A stretch of DNA of 64,000 bases, from NCBI GenBank assembly GCA_951406725.2, contig OX597816.1, forward strand, positions 145,886,001 to 145,950,000. The letters are read 5' to 3'. Shown in pieces: positions 14,810 to 29,150 of the stretch. This DNA comes from Octopus vulgaris (Eukaryota). Position 1 is the stretch's first letter. Each line of letters begins with the position of its first letter. The translations under genes were made by a program, and so were the position numbers. Below the pieces are notes generated by a model. It ran no database searches. It was not told the origin of the DNA and saw nothing but the letters and a program-made list of their open reading frames with translations.

Positions 14810-16750
14810 CTATGAAATGGTTGGCTGTTGTAGGCATTAGGGGTTGGGGTTAGGTTAGTTTGTGAAAGATTGTAATCTTATTTGTTAGGTTCGTAAACTA
14901 GGTGAGCTAGGAATCTGCTAGACTGGTTCTTTGGTAGGCTGGAGTGGGGTGTAGGTGATATTTTAATATACTAGACTTAGAGAGTTGGGAAGCTGGGCGT
15001 CGACCTAAGATTAATTAAGGATAAAGAATATAGAAAGCATAAAGAAAGTAAAAGGTAAAAATTAAGAAATAAAGCCAATTAGGCATAGGATCGGGGTTTA
15101 GGATTCCATAGCTACGACTAAATAACAAAGTGGTGAGGGCACTCATACACAGAATTTAGAAGTATTCAGTGGATATAGGTTGAATATTGGGGGCCAGTAT
15201 GAAGGCAATCGAATGATAATTTCTAACAGTTAAAATATTGTAGTGTTATGCACAATTGATTTATCTGGTTAAGTGGAAAGATGTAGGATGTTGTTTTTTA
15301 AGATATGAATACGTTATATGATATAGTGGAGACCACTTGTAATGTGGGGACATCTTTGCCTGGAGAGGAAATATCTGTTAGTAATATAGTAGTGTACTTC
15401 TTAACATTAAGGAGTTCAAAAAATAGGGTTTTATATAATAAACTAAACCTAGGGCCGAGCTAGAGGAAATACCTGGTCGGATGTCAAAGAGAGCCAACAG
15501 TAGGAAGTAGTCTAATGATAAATAATTTGGAATGCTATATAGGTGGCGTTGATATTATTTAATTACATAGTATAATCACTATTGTGTGAATCAGGTAATG
15601 CAACTGTGGACAATAGTCGCGGCTAAGAGGTTTGGATAGAGTGATCCATCTATTATTTAAGATGCGCATCACAAATAAGTAGCTTGGCATAGGGATTACT
15701 TACTTAGTGGTATTGGAAAAGAATTGGCTAGAGTGTGCTGAGTGCTACTTCTATTTTCTCTATAGCTAATTCATAATACTGTGTAAACCACAAAATAAAC
15801 TGGTTAGTTCCTTCAATACAGCATACAATGCAAGTATAGTAAGAGTGGTTAGGAAGTAATGGTAAAGAAGACTAGAAGAACTCAGACAATTAAACAGATC
15901 GAGATTTGGGTCAACAATAGAGGTAGCAAAATAGATTGGCTCAAGTTTAGGAACTATCATACAGCAACTTTATTGCACTTAAAATATTTAAAGGTGTATA
16001 CTGGGAAGATGCATGTCTAGTTTATTATCTAATAGATTTTCACTATTTTATCAATTTAAAATTTTAAACAGCTCTATACAGCAAAGCCAGCACCCATATC
16101 TACTGTTTGAGTACGGTTTCGCGACCCTAATCATGTTCCAACTGAAATCAGATTTAACATTGTCGTCATTAAGTTCCCAAATCTTCGTGGCTAGAGAGTT
16201 CCTGCCTGCCCTATGTCGTAATTTAAAGGAAGAATAGTGGTTACGTAAGAGCTGTCACCGCTATCTGATATAACATATTCGTATCTAAAACAACATCCTA
16301 CATATTTCCACTTTAACAGATAAATCAATCGCGAATAGAGCTACAATTCCTTAAAAGTTACAGCTTATCATTCGATTGCTTTCATACCCTCCCCCAACAT
16401 TCAATCTATATCCACTGAATACTCCTAAATTATGTGTATCTCTATCTTCCGCCCTTTGTTCTTTAGCCTTAGTTAGCGAATCCTAAACACTGAGCTTCAC
16501 TTATACTTTCTACCTTCTTTATTCTTTATCCTTAATCTATCTTCGTTTCTCACCCAGTTACCCACTTCTCTAAGGCGTGTATAATAAAAAAAAATCCACC
16601 TACATCTCACCTCTAGCCTGCAAAAGAACCAGTCTAGCAGACTCCTATCTTACTCGGGTCGCTGACCTTAAATATAAGATTACACACCTTTCAGAAATTG
16701 TATTCTTAACCTGTCACCACCCTCTGATGCCCACAAAGGCCAACTTTGTT
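14810..16750. mobile_element. Old element with ~400-bp diverged inverted repeats (probable Penelope-like remnant)
   Basis: 14810-15230 is a diverged reverse complement of 16355-16750 (e.g. TTCAGTGGATATAGGTTGAAT / ATTCAATCTATATCCACTGAA). Confidence 0.5.
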
Positions 16751-17239
16751 GGTCATTCTCCCATTTCATAGTTATCCTCGATAGACTTCAGCCACGTCCC
16801 CGCTGTATTCTTGGGACATTCTCTTGTATATAAAATAGTGTTTCTCTGATGATTACGCTTTTTTTGTAATGAAGTGATGCTCTCATTATTCTATTAAGAC
16901 ACGCGTAAGAAACAGTTGTAATGAGGTGACAGTTATCCATCGCATGTTATTATTCATTTGATTATAATACACCCAGGGGATTTACGACTTGTTGGACACC
17001 CTAGCGTTTACCAAAAATGTGCAATTCAAAATAATGAATGCTTTGGACCATCTCTTAGGCAATAAATACTCATAGGGCTGGTTTTCTCTGTGTACAAAAC
17101 CTGAATATCCTATTTGAAACTGAGAAACATAGGCCGGAACAACAGGTTTATCCAACCCTACCTGGTGCATATCTTTTCAAGTACCCGATTCTGTGTCCTT
17201 ATTTTAATATTATATATACATACATACATATGTATATAA

Positions 17240-18130
17240 CCAGGACTGCTGCATTATGTTGGCAAATATTATTTACTATATATATATATATAAGTTAGTG
17301 GTACACCAATGCATCAGTATTTACTGAAAATAGCAGTCGATAATATATGACGTTATAGTAAAGTTGCAATGTATATATAAACTGGCAAAATGTTATTGGG
17401 CGGTGAGCATAGAATATTTCATCTTACCTGTAGGAAGAACATTAAATAAATGTACAACCCAGATGTGGATAATCTAGGACCTAAGGTTCGAACTTTCCAA
17501 ATTACGTTTGTTAATATAAATTTGATTCGTTCTCATCGGCTAGATTTACCTGGATAAAATCTCAAATGTCGCTACATCAATACCAGTAGATACTCATCTG
17601 AAACGTCTAGCCGTTAACAGACCGAGAACAGTGAAGATTATTTGCCAAAATAATGTGATAGACCTAGATAGGACAAATGTTGCTATTATTTAGCTCCAGG
17701 AAACATCGACGCACTATCTGAGTCCTTATATTTTCGAACAAGGGAGTGAAGTTCCCCACTCAGCTTTAAAGCGATATCTGAGTACCAATGGTACACATTT
17801 TCCTTCATCAGCACAGATTAACTGCTCGACTAGAGATTGTGACTCTTGTTCGAAATATATATTTCTGAGATTGACACATAGTCACTGATCTCAAAATTAG
17901 AAAAGTTATTATTCCTAAATCTCTGAACAAGAAACACTCAGTAACAGTACGCTAGAGTAAAGATTCTTTGTCAACATAATATGGTAGTATTGGAGATGAT
18001 GTTTCGTGGGGTTGAATAACAGTTACATTTGTCCTAACCAGGACTGCGACATAATGTTAGCAAATAATATTTACTCTAGAGTACTGTTCCCGAATGTTTG
18101 TTGTTCAGAGATTTAGAAATAATAAGTTAT
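17240..18130. mobile_element. Direct plus inverted repeat structure, probable Penelope-like remnant
   Basis: 17240-17280 is repeated at 18039-18080; 17905-17990 is inverted against 18040-18128. Confidence 0.4.
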
Positions 18131-18206
18131 CTATGTATGTATGTATGTATGTATTATGTATGTATGTATGTATGTATGTATGTATGTATGTATGTATGTA
18201 TGTATG

Positions 18207-18237
<31 letters not shown>

Positions 18238-18299
18238 TTATATTAATTATATATAATAGAAAAATATATATGTATATATATATATATGTATTATTTTGT

Positions 18300-18700
18300 T
18301 CTTTTATTCTTTTAGTTGTATCAGTCACTTGACTGCGGCCATGCTAGAGCAGCGTCTTCAGTCGAGGGAATCGACCCCCGGTCTTATTCTTTGTAAGCGC
18401 AGTACTTGTTCTATCGGGTTCTTTCACCGAACTGCTAAGTTACGGGGAAATAAAAACAGCAGCATCAAGCGATGTTGTCAAGTGATGGTGGTGTGAACAA
18501 AGAGACACACAATTATATACATATATATATATATATACGATGGGCTTCTTTCAGTTTCCGCCTACTAAATCAACTCACAAGACTTTGGTCATCCCGAGGC
18601 TATAGTACAAAACACTAGCCCAGTGTGCCACGCAGTGGGACTGAACTCGGATCCATGTGGCTGGGAAGCAAGCTTCTTACCAACAGCAACTCCTGCGCCT
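18300..18700 (-). mobile_element. tRNA-derived SINE
   Basis: Full-length copy; head AGGCGCAGGAG... on the minus strand. Confidence 0.85.
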
Positions 18701-18821
18701 GTATGTATATACATACATAAATCATGTGATCCCGTGACCGACCAGACCCTCAGATGTTGCTACACAACGCTGATCACAATGTGTTCGAATGACGCCACCC
18801 CGCTGGCTAAGCGAGCAGGCC

Positions 18822-19135
<314 letters not shown>

Positions 19136-19622
19136 ATTATACAAAAGTGCTAGTTCTGAAATCTCTATATTAGCTGAACGCAGTAGTTGGGCTATCAAGT
19201 ACACACATACACACACATATCCAAAATCATAGAGCAATTCGAATTTTTAAAGTGATTTTTCGCTGACTCTATTCAGTTCCTACATAAATGTGACTTCGAA
19301 TGTAGAAACAAATATCATCTATATATTTTCAGAAAATGGGACACACTTCATCACATATTCTGACGGACATTATTGTTATTATGACTGTATTTTATTTTCA
19401 TTTTCACTTCCTTTGGATAATTCATTAAAATACAATCGATATATACTTTTTCATTACATTTGTTTTGCAAATACAAAATCATGTGCAGAATTGCCTATAC
19501 AAATTTCTCGAACACATTTATTTGATTAGTATAGGTATATGTGAATTCCCCTGTCGAAAGTTTTCCGTACTATGCTGAACATCCAAATGACAGGATATTA
19601 AACGCGTTCAGCATTTATTCAG

Positions 19623-19670
<48 letters not shown>

Positions 19671-19721
19671 AATAGATTTTATTTTTATCAGTAGGAGCAT
19701 ATGCTACTGATCAATACTTAA

Positions 19722-19757
<36 letters not shown>

Positions 19758-19787
19758 CACATATATGTACACACACACACATAGACT

Positions 19788-19827
<40 letters not shown>

Positions 19828-20814
19828 GTTGAATATTCCGTTTTTCCTTTTTCTTATCTCAAAAGTATTTCGACTTCTATCATTACAGAAATAATTTACA
19901 AGCTGGCATTATTTTGATATCATATACTATGCACGCATCACTAGGCAGAGTCAATCTGCCGCCAAGTAGAGAACGTATCACGATCTTTTTATTGTTTTTT
20001 CCTTGGTTGAAGGTATTTCACTTTTTCATACGATGTTAATGATTCCGAGAAATTATTAACAACACAATTTCCTATCGTTTTGTGTATCTAGTGAAATGTA
20101 AAGAAACACCTACCTTTTGTTTGAATTATCAGTTGTAGCTGTTTATTCTTATTCAAATCTCTAATTTATTTTACATTAGCATAAATTTCACGCAGTCATA
20201 TTTCCGTGCAATGAATAGTATTTTTTAAAATAATATTTCTGTATTGACCGAGTAGATAAGAGTGAAAAGCAAGTAAAAATGAAAAACATATTTTTTATGT
20301 GACTACAAATATTGGTTTCAGAATTTGGCACGAGGCCTGCAATTTCGGTTAGAAGGTATGTTCAATTCATTGACTCCAGTGTTAAATTAATACGTATACT
20401 ATCTAACCTGGAAGTATATATATATACATCTGTGTGGATGTGCGCGCGTTTGTTCGTGTATGTGTGCGAACACATTATTTCTGTATTTTTGATAATCATC
20501 AGAAAAGAAGTGGGGTCAAAGATATTTTTAGAGATATTCATAAAATGCAACCGAGGTAGGAATAAAGCACTCAATTCATATTTTTTAATTTTCCTCGAGA
20601 ATGAAGAATATTTCGCTTTCCGCTTTGCTAACTACTTATCTCCTAAGATAGCTTGACTTCGTTTCCCACGCAACGCAATTAACATTATACATTTTAAACA
20701 TCCCATAATGGGATTTATTACATTTCTCAAGGAAGTGGCTTCCTGTTTGGATAGCTATTTGTCGTATAAGGGAAGACAGTGAAACAGTAAAAATATATCT
20801 TTGTATATATGTAA

Positions 20815-20846
<32 letters not shown>

Positions 20847-22604
20847 ATTACTTAATTGCTGATGAGACACAAATATATGGTATTTATTAATTAATATTTC
20901 TTCTATATACAAAGCACCGGGCGGGCAGTGGTTTGGACGATATTCTGGACATCGAACGGAACGTTTTTATATGCTTCATCTACATTGTATTGGGATCCAA
21001 ATTTCTCTTCCTGTGACTAGACAAAAATAAGGATTTTGATAACTCTAAAGGAAAAATGGAAAAAGAAAATGGTGCTATCGGCAGCCACACAAGGCATCAC
21101 TGGGTGCCACTCAGTAGGGATTCGTCGAATAATTTTGAAACGTAATTCATACTGGTGATATCTAATTCATTCTGCAGAGTAACCCGCATGCTATGCGTAT
21201 AAACATAAGTGTTTTTATACTGTACATTTATTTTTCATCAGCCTTCATTTAAATTAATTTGATGTTTAAGAGTAAATTTCGAATATCAAAAATTTGGCAG
21301 ATTTACCTAATTTCTCTTTATTAAATTGGAAAACTGGTTTGTATCCTCCATTCACAATGTACTCGGTCTCACCGCCAACTGCGAAATAATACAATATGCC
21401 ACCGTATTCCAATTTTCTTCTTGCTTAATTGCAATTTTAATATTGACTTTTAATTTCCTTTAAAATTTATCACGTCGCCAACGATATTTATTCTGTTGAA
21501 TATAACTGAGTGCATTTATTACCTACAGCCATATTTAGTCTCGTGTATTCTGTTTCCTCTAGAAATGTATGTGGTTGAAGCTTACATGGATGAAAATGTT
21601 ATGGTGTCATAAAAGATTTAAGAATTTAATGTACACAATGTACAAATAGATTTTCTTTTTGGAAATTAAACGTTTTATTCATTTTCATCGTTCATTTATT
21701 TCGAAAGAGATAATTACATGTCAACTACAATGCATGGCGCGTCTTTCTCTGTATTACTTCAGTTGAATTAAATGGCTTCAAAATATTTAGACAATAATGG
21801 GAAATGAGAAATTTGAACTGTAAATGTAAAACAGTATTTATTTTCACATGTCTATGTTTTCATTTATTGATTTGAATCAAATTTTTATTTTACAAATGAT
21901 TACATTCCTCTTCAGAGAATAGATTAACAGGAAAGGGCCATGACATTTGCAATTTTCTAAAATCCTTTTCATACATTACTTGCATCTGAAAACATCGAAA
22001 ATGGGGAAATATTGTATATCAACTTAATTGTTTTCATGGACTTCTTCCAAAGAATTATTGACTTCAAGATAGGGTATTTGTAAATGTTATAGCACACTGA
22101 TAGACATTTTTACAAAATTTTCGGAGAAAAATATCAAAACTAACGAAGTGTGTAATTACTTGTCGCTGATAGCTTGGAAGGACTGCATGCAACAATGTTA
22201 ATTGAAGCTACTAACACTAATCGGTGAGAGTACCTCCCGGCAAACCGAGGCTGGGGATGAAATCAGCCAAATAGAACAAAAAATATGGTTAATATTTTGG
22301 TATTTGTAAAACATTCATAGTTGACATAAAAGTCATAACTATTAAACGCAGAGACACAACTGACACTGAACCCGCTGGAAAAGCTGACTACATTAAAAAT
22401 CTTAGAGCCAGGTCTTACTTATGGCGTCTTTAGTATTCAGAGGTCTGAGATTCCAGTAACACAGGAAAAAATGTAATGCTCTGGAAAAAATTACAGTCAT
22501 CAATTTTAAGGATTTTGGCAATAACAAAGACACTATCAACTAGGCAACTGTCTGAGGGCAGCGGATAAAAGCCAGCTACTTGGAAGATTCAAAGTATGGT
22601 GCTT

Positions 22605-22663
<59 letters not shown>

Positions 22664-22666
<3 letters not shown>

Positions 22667-23170
22667 GACCAAAAATACTAATACACAGTTTTGTGCCTTT
22701 ATCGATAAGACTGCGAACCTCGTATATCGGCGGCACCCAAAATATATGCGGAGAATTATGCTCGGGCAAACAAGACAATACAGGCTGGACGTACGAAAGT
22801 AAACAAATGTAATATGAAACGATAGACGAAGACGAGATAAATAAAGCCTTTTGGCCAAACACAAGAATGGTGGGCAACGCCTAGAAGAAATCTTCAAAGG
22901 ATGTAAAAAGAGGAATAGTGAGAGAGGAGAAAATATTGGCCGGCAGGCTAAGTGTCTGGTGATGGAAATGCAGTCGCCACCGGACACACTTGGCTGTATT
23001 TATTTAGTTTTCGTCAATCATTTCAAATTACATTTGTTTACTTTCGTACGTTCACCTTCTTTGATTGAGCCCCAATTCTCCGCAAATCTTGCGGGTTCTG
23101 CCAATATACGAAGTTCGCTGACTTATCGTTTAATGAACTAAACTGGGTATTAGTATTTTTTGGTCGATAA
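22664..23170. mobile_element. MITE with long (~150 bp) imperfect TIRs, next to (TA)n
   Basis: TCGACCAAAAATACTAATAC / GTATTAGTATTTTTTGGTCGA at the ends; GTACGAAAGTAAACAAATGTAA / TTACATTTGTTTACTTTCGTAC internally. Confidence 0.75.
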
Positions 23171-23655
23171 CTAATGAATAATTAATGTCCTTCTGTGTCT
23201 GTCCTACGTGTAGGTTTTGTAGTAGTTAATGCATTATTCATTTATTGAGTAACTGATCGTCACGCTTCCCAACTTTTGTTAACAATAAGTTTATATATGT
23301 AGGCGCAGGAGTGGCTGCATGTTAAGTAGCTTGCTTACTTCCCACTGCGCATGCTTTGTTGTGTTGTGCGTACAACTGAAGGAGATAGCCGCTAGCCGGT
23401 GACGTTGCCCAGCTGTAAGGTAAGGTTTTTTGGGGATCCAGTGGGAGTGTGTTGTTTGTGGTAATAGTTTTACAAGCAAAGAGTCCTCACTGGTTTCTGG
23501 TCTCTAGCTTGCCTGCAGTTGGGATAAGACTGTTCACATTAAGTGAATATTTTTTCTCATTGTGAGAAGTGTTGCTTGGTGGGCGTGTCTCACCACCAAA
23601 ATTTGTGAAAATTTTATAAAATTCGTGGAGGATTTATCAGTGTATATATAAACAC

Positions 23656-23701
<46 letters not shown>

Positions 23702-23711
<10 letters not shown>

Positions 23712-24056
23712 GGCAGTTTGTCTGTCTGCGTGTCTGTGTGTCTGTTTGGTTGTACCCTCACCCTGACCACGGCTTTCAACTGATTCTGATGAAACTTGAC
23801 ACATACATAGCCCAATGTCACAATTCAAAACTAATGCAGCGAAAATTTTGAAAAGTTCCCCCAGTTCTGAAAAAAATCGATAAATTCGACAAGGGGCCGA
23901 GAATCAGAAACACAAACCACAGACATTTTAACTCTCAAAAAAAATTTTCCATTATTTTTTTCCCATTTTTTTTGCTATTTTTTGGCTATAACTCTCTAAA
24001 GATGCTTTATAGTTATTTCCCTTACAAACCCGAGCAATGCCGGGTGATACTGCTAG
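23702..24056 (+). mobile_element. Non-autonomous Helitron
   Basis: 5' (CTGT)-type microsatellite; 3' hairpin CCCGAGC-AAT-GCCGGG at 24029-24044, followed by CTAG at 24053-24056 and then T. Confidence 0.75.
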
Positions 24057-27000
24057 TATATATATAAATGGATAGATAGATAGATATATAGGTAGGTTGG
24101 TAATTAGATAGAAAACACTCGCCCAAAGTGCTGTACAATATGACTAAACTAGTAACAAAGTGGATGGGAATTAAGTGTCTTACCTCACACAATTATGAAC
24201 TGTGTCTCATCTATGAGATGTACAGTTTATCAGAGCTAACGTATTTAACATTATCAGAGTCATCGAACTAGATATATGTTGTATGAATATAGTTGAATTG
24301 AAGCAAATGAAACGGATAACAATTAAAACGAGAACAGGAACATAAATATCTGAACTCTACAGATATTTGAAATAATTCAGTGAACTATGAAACTGGGAGT
24401 TCTATGCCTCTCGGTTGGCTAAAGATTTACAGGAAGTTCTATTTTCGCATTTTATGAAAATATTTTCGACCAAATTTTTTTCTAAATATCCAACTTAAAT
24501 AGATATACCAGATGAAATTAAGTTCTCAAAACACTCTTAGTTTGTTTGTTTTAGACATACGTTCAAAGAAATTATCCCCTTGATTTTATTCTCTACTGCC
24601 ATTTTAGTTTCTTTTTACTGATCACGGGTGTGACCTAAATACATGGGAGGAGTTACCTAATTACAACAAGCAATTTTGTAATTAGACGCTTATTGCATTA
24701 TTTCAGGGCACTTCGCTTGCCAATTTTCTTCGTAGTATACTAAGTTATAGACCACTTGATTTCCACTTTCTACTATATCTGTCAGGATTCGATTTATATA
24801 TTTTTAAACTCCCGTAAAATATTGGTTTGAACGTATGTTGAACGAATGTTGTTGATAATTTGTAAATGATTGATGCAGAATACTATGCACGAGCTCAATA
24901 TCTTTACCTCTACTGAAACAAAGAGCAGAGGGATGCTTTAATTCGAATACCACACACAGTGGAAAAAGGCGGAAGAAATATGAAGGAAAAGTGAAGGTAA
25001 AGTGAAGGTAAAATAATACTCTATAAAATATTTGTGCATGTGGCAGTTAACCTGAAAATCTGAGCAACGATAAATATAAAGATTGATGCTCGACTCTGTC
25101 TTTATCAAACAATTTTTCCGACATTTAGATAGCATGTATAGTATATATATCACTAATGTTTGTCTGACATGAAATAAAATATAAGGAAGAAATTCTGGTG
25201 AAATCTTGAGTTCAATAGTTATTTTTTGTCTTGAATCTCCTAAAGAAACACAACTCCAGCATCTCGATTTTTCTGGATCATATAAATTCTTTATCTACTT
25301 CAACCTGATGTTCCTAGAAGTCAGCTTCTAGTGTGTGACATTTGTTTCAAATTGAAAAATATATTTCACACTTTTTTTTTTCTTAACACGGTTGGTGCTG
25401 ATTAATAAATAACTGACGTGAAGATTATTTGGAAAAAAAATTCTTTCGTATTTATCAAAATATAAACATCAGAATAAAAAGAATTGAATTATCAGATTCA
25501 TTTTATTGCAAACTTTTCTTATTCACTATATGATTTTTAGTGTTTCAAATCTACCTTCTTACGATTTTGGAGTCCTATTGAAGTAATTCCTTTGCTACTT
25601 GAGAATGACGTGTTATCAATCTGATATTGAATCAATGTCGCAAAAATAAGTCCATACAATTTTACTGCCTTCTAACACACTCGACATTTTCCATGATTTC
25701 TCCCTGAAGCTATAGAAGAAAGAATAAAGCTACAGGCATTAAGATATATCAAGAGGTCACTTAGAGAACTTATTGATTATTGATGTCGCATCTAAGCAAT
25801 GGGTTTTCCACTAGAATTATTTTATCTTACTTCCTTTTTTAGCTGTAGCAGGAATGAATACGAAAGCAAAAATGAGAGAAAAAATTGATTGCTCTTTGAC
25901 AGATTAATAACATTCAAAATGAGAAAGTTTCCTGTGTTTACCACATACTATTATTCGGTAAATCCATGATGACAGATCAATATGTCGAATATTTGAAATG
26001 GTGGGTTTCATTGAAAAATATAGAAGAACCAGGTGAATCATAGTGCCATTACTTGTTTCACGATCGCTTACAGCCTATACATTTTAAATTCCCATTTTGA
26101 AGTCATTAAGAGTGCTTCAAGATAATGTATACACGGAGTATAGAATATTTCTATATTAAAAACTAACTGATGTTACAAAGTGAATGAAGAGCTGGAAGTT
26201 CTGTACATTGACACTTCTCTATACACCAAAACTTTCGGTACTTGAGTCACTACTGAGTAATCATTAAACACTTTCATAACGACACAATCTACATTGAATC
26301 CATCATCTTGGAATTTTCCTTCATATGTGTCTTGTCTATATCGAATATCGCACGACGCATGTCATAAACAAAATACAATTCATTCTTCTGCCGAATGTTA
26401 ATAGTTGATATATATCTGTGGGTGTGTGCTTCTGTGATCTTCAAACCAGTATTTGCAACGTCAACTCCACTATTTCGGTTTTGTTTGGATATTTTACTAA
26501 AACAGAAATGTGTTTCGATAAGTAAGGGTAGAGCACGTTTCCTGGTGTAGTTTTCTATTCAATCAGTTACATTAGATCATGAACAGTCAGTGGTTTTAAT
26601 TGTCTTTTAAAGAAAATGATTATCTTTTAGTTGGAACTAACCAAAATAACGACAATAAAAAAATCTGCCACCTTCACAAAGGCATAGTCTTCTATTTTTG
26701 AAGGTATGACAGTGAAAGTTAAGTGAATTATGTTGCTTCTGATTTCCTTTCAGTTGTGACATAAATGAGAAGTAATCGCTTCGAAAATTGAAACAGTAAG
26801 GATTCAATAGAAAATTAATTTTCACGCCAAAGCATTAAATTCTGTATTAAACCTAATGTTAACAAAGACCAGACAGTTATACAGGTTGCGGTGGGTGGAT
26901 CTTTATAAAGAGATAATAAAACGTACATGACATTCCCGAAAGTATGCAAATGTTTTTGAATAGAATGTTGACTTGAAATTATTATACACTTAATATTCTT

Positions 27001-28439
27001 CAAGATTTTATTTTCCTCTTCTAAATGAACTTCTCAACATAATAATATAGTTGACTGGATATTTCTCAATGTATTACTAAGACACGCTACGTTGACAACA
27101 GGCAATGTTTCCTCTTCTAACTTCCTCTCGCAAATAATTGAAGATTATTGGTTATCTCCTTGTCAGCATAACATGATAATTAACAGAGTAGTTAGGACCT
27201 TGTACCCTGTCAACGACACTGTTTTATGTCACTTACTAAGTTAATTATTGTCAATTAACTTAGTTTAGAAGTGGGTGATCGTAATCACCTAGTTATAAAC
27301 AAGTATCAATGGGACGCGAAACTTTCATCGTAGGCAACAGTCATACTCTAGAATTGTCTAGTAATTATTACATCATGATCGCCTTTACAAAAACAAATTT
27401 TTAAAAAATGAACAAAATAGAAAAATTAGGAAATGCAAACATTATATCTAAGTACACCACATATGTTAGACGATATGGACGTGGAGAAGAAAATCAATGG
27501 ACGTACAGATCTGTGAGATTTGGTAACAAATATATATTCTAGAAATTCGTATGCTACTTGCTAATTTGACCTTATATTTAAAATGTAACAAATTAATAAT
27601 GCACGGGGTATTGCAACTTATTTGCGATGTAGAAAGATATTTTTGATTTGGTTGTAGTACTTGACAGAATAATCTATGGATACGAAATTACAATAAGAAT
27701 GGTTCTGTAAAACTCACTTTTTATGGGAATTCTCCTGATAGATATTTAATTTACATCTCATACATTTTCCCACACAGAATAAAAAGATACATTGTGGTTT
27801 AAAGCAATCAAATAATCTGGTAACAATATAATTCCATTTTTAAGCATAGGCCAAAGAGACGAGGAAATGTTAATGCATTCGTATGACCATAGGGCATATC
27901 AACTAGAGAGTTTATCTTCAAATCTCACCGCATTTACTAAAAAAAAAAAAAAAAACAGAGGGCCAGATTAGATAAAATTATGTCAGTTGGAAACTTCCTA
28001 ACACATGTCAGGTTGACAGCGTTATAAATTCCTTTAAATACACGTTTCATCAATCAACATTCATATACGATTAAGCAACATATCCTGGCACTTCTGAAAA
28101 TTGAGAAAATATATGGTTATTTACAGCGCTGCTGCCGCTTCCCAACAAGTGTTCGAGGTATAATTAAATTCATATTTATAACTCAATATTTTACAAAGTA
28201 TATTCATAGGTGAATCTAATGAAATCAGTTTTTTCCTTTGACTACATGCAAAACATGATTCACAATTTTCAATGAAAAATTGTTATAGTAGTTTTTATTT
28301 GTAGAGGATGACTGGCCAAAACATTAAAACCGTATTCATCTTAAGAAGTGCATGTAAGATTGGTCGTTTCACCCTTGGTCATACAGATAAAAAAATCGAA
28401 ATTTACATTCGAATCTCCTGTAACACTAATTAGCATATG

Positions 28440-29150
28440 TTGAGTGCTCTCGGTTATTTCTCCGGTGAATTCGTTGTCAACTATGGTATATGTTTTGTGC
28501 CAGATAGACTTTGCTATTCTAGAATCGTATCAAAAGTTACATAGTGTTCCATCCGATAAATTTCAAGCACTTGATTTTCGGCGTCACAATCAAGTCCTCG
28601 GTGTCGTAAATGCTACACTCAAGAAGATCGAGGGATGTAATAGGGGTGAGTACTCAAATGTGTGGAAAAACGCTGAAAAATATATTACCAGAAGGAGGGA
28701 AAAAGGACATAAAGCCAGGCCTTCAAATAAAGTATACGAGACAGACGAAACATGGAAGGGATACTAGGAGCTGGCCGCGAATTTTGAAAGACTGTTAATA
28801 TTTCCACTCATAAAAACAACAAAAACCGGACTTAATCCTAAGGAATACTGAACGGAAAAATTGAATTTTTGCTAGAGTTGACAGTGCCATGAAAAGAGAA
28901 CATCGCTAATGCAGAGCAACGGAAGAAGAGGTATGAGAGATTAATCGAAGAGTGTGAAAAACGAATGGATTGTCGAGTATTATCACCTGGCAGCGGCGGC
29001 TAGAGGCTTCATTGAAAGGAAATTGTCAACGTTATTCAAAAGAAGGTATGCATTTTTGAGCTCAGAACTGGGTAAATTAATAAGGAGGATACAAGCGAGA
29101 AGACCCAAAATGGCTTAAAAACCGTAACATGCCGACTGGGACATAGCGTC
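28440..29150 (+). mobile_element. 3' fragment of a HERO/NeSL-like RLE non-LTR element
   Basis: RHNQVL after a degenerate zinc finger; LELTVP*KENIANAEQRKKRYERL and ARGF match the ELTVPWE-type endonuclease. Confidence 0.75.
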
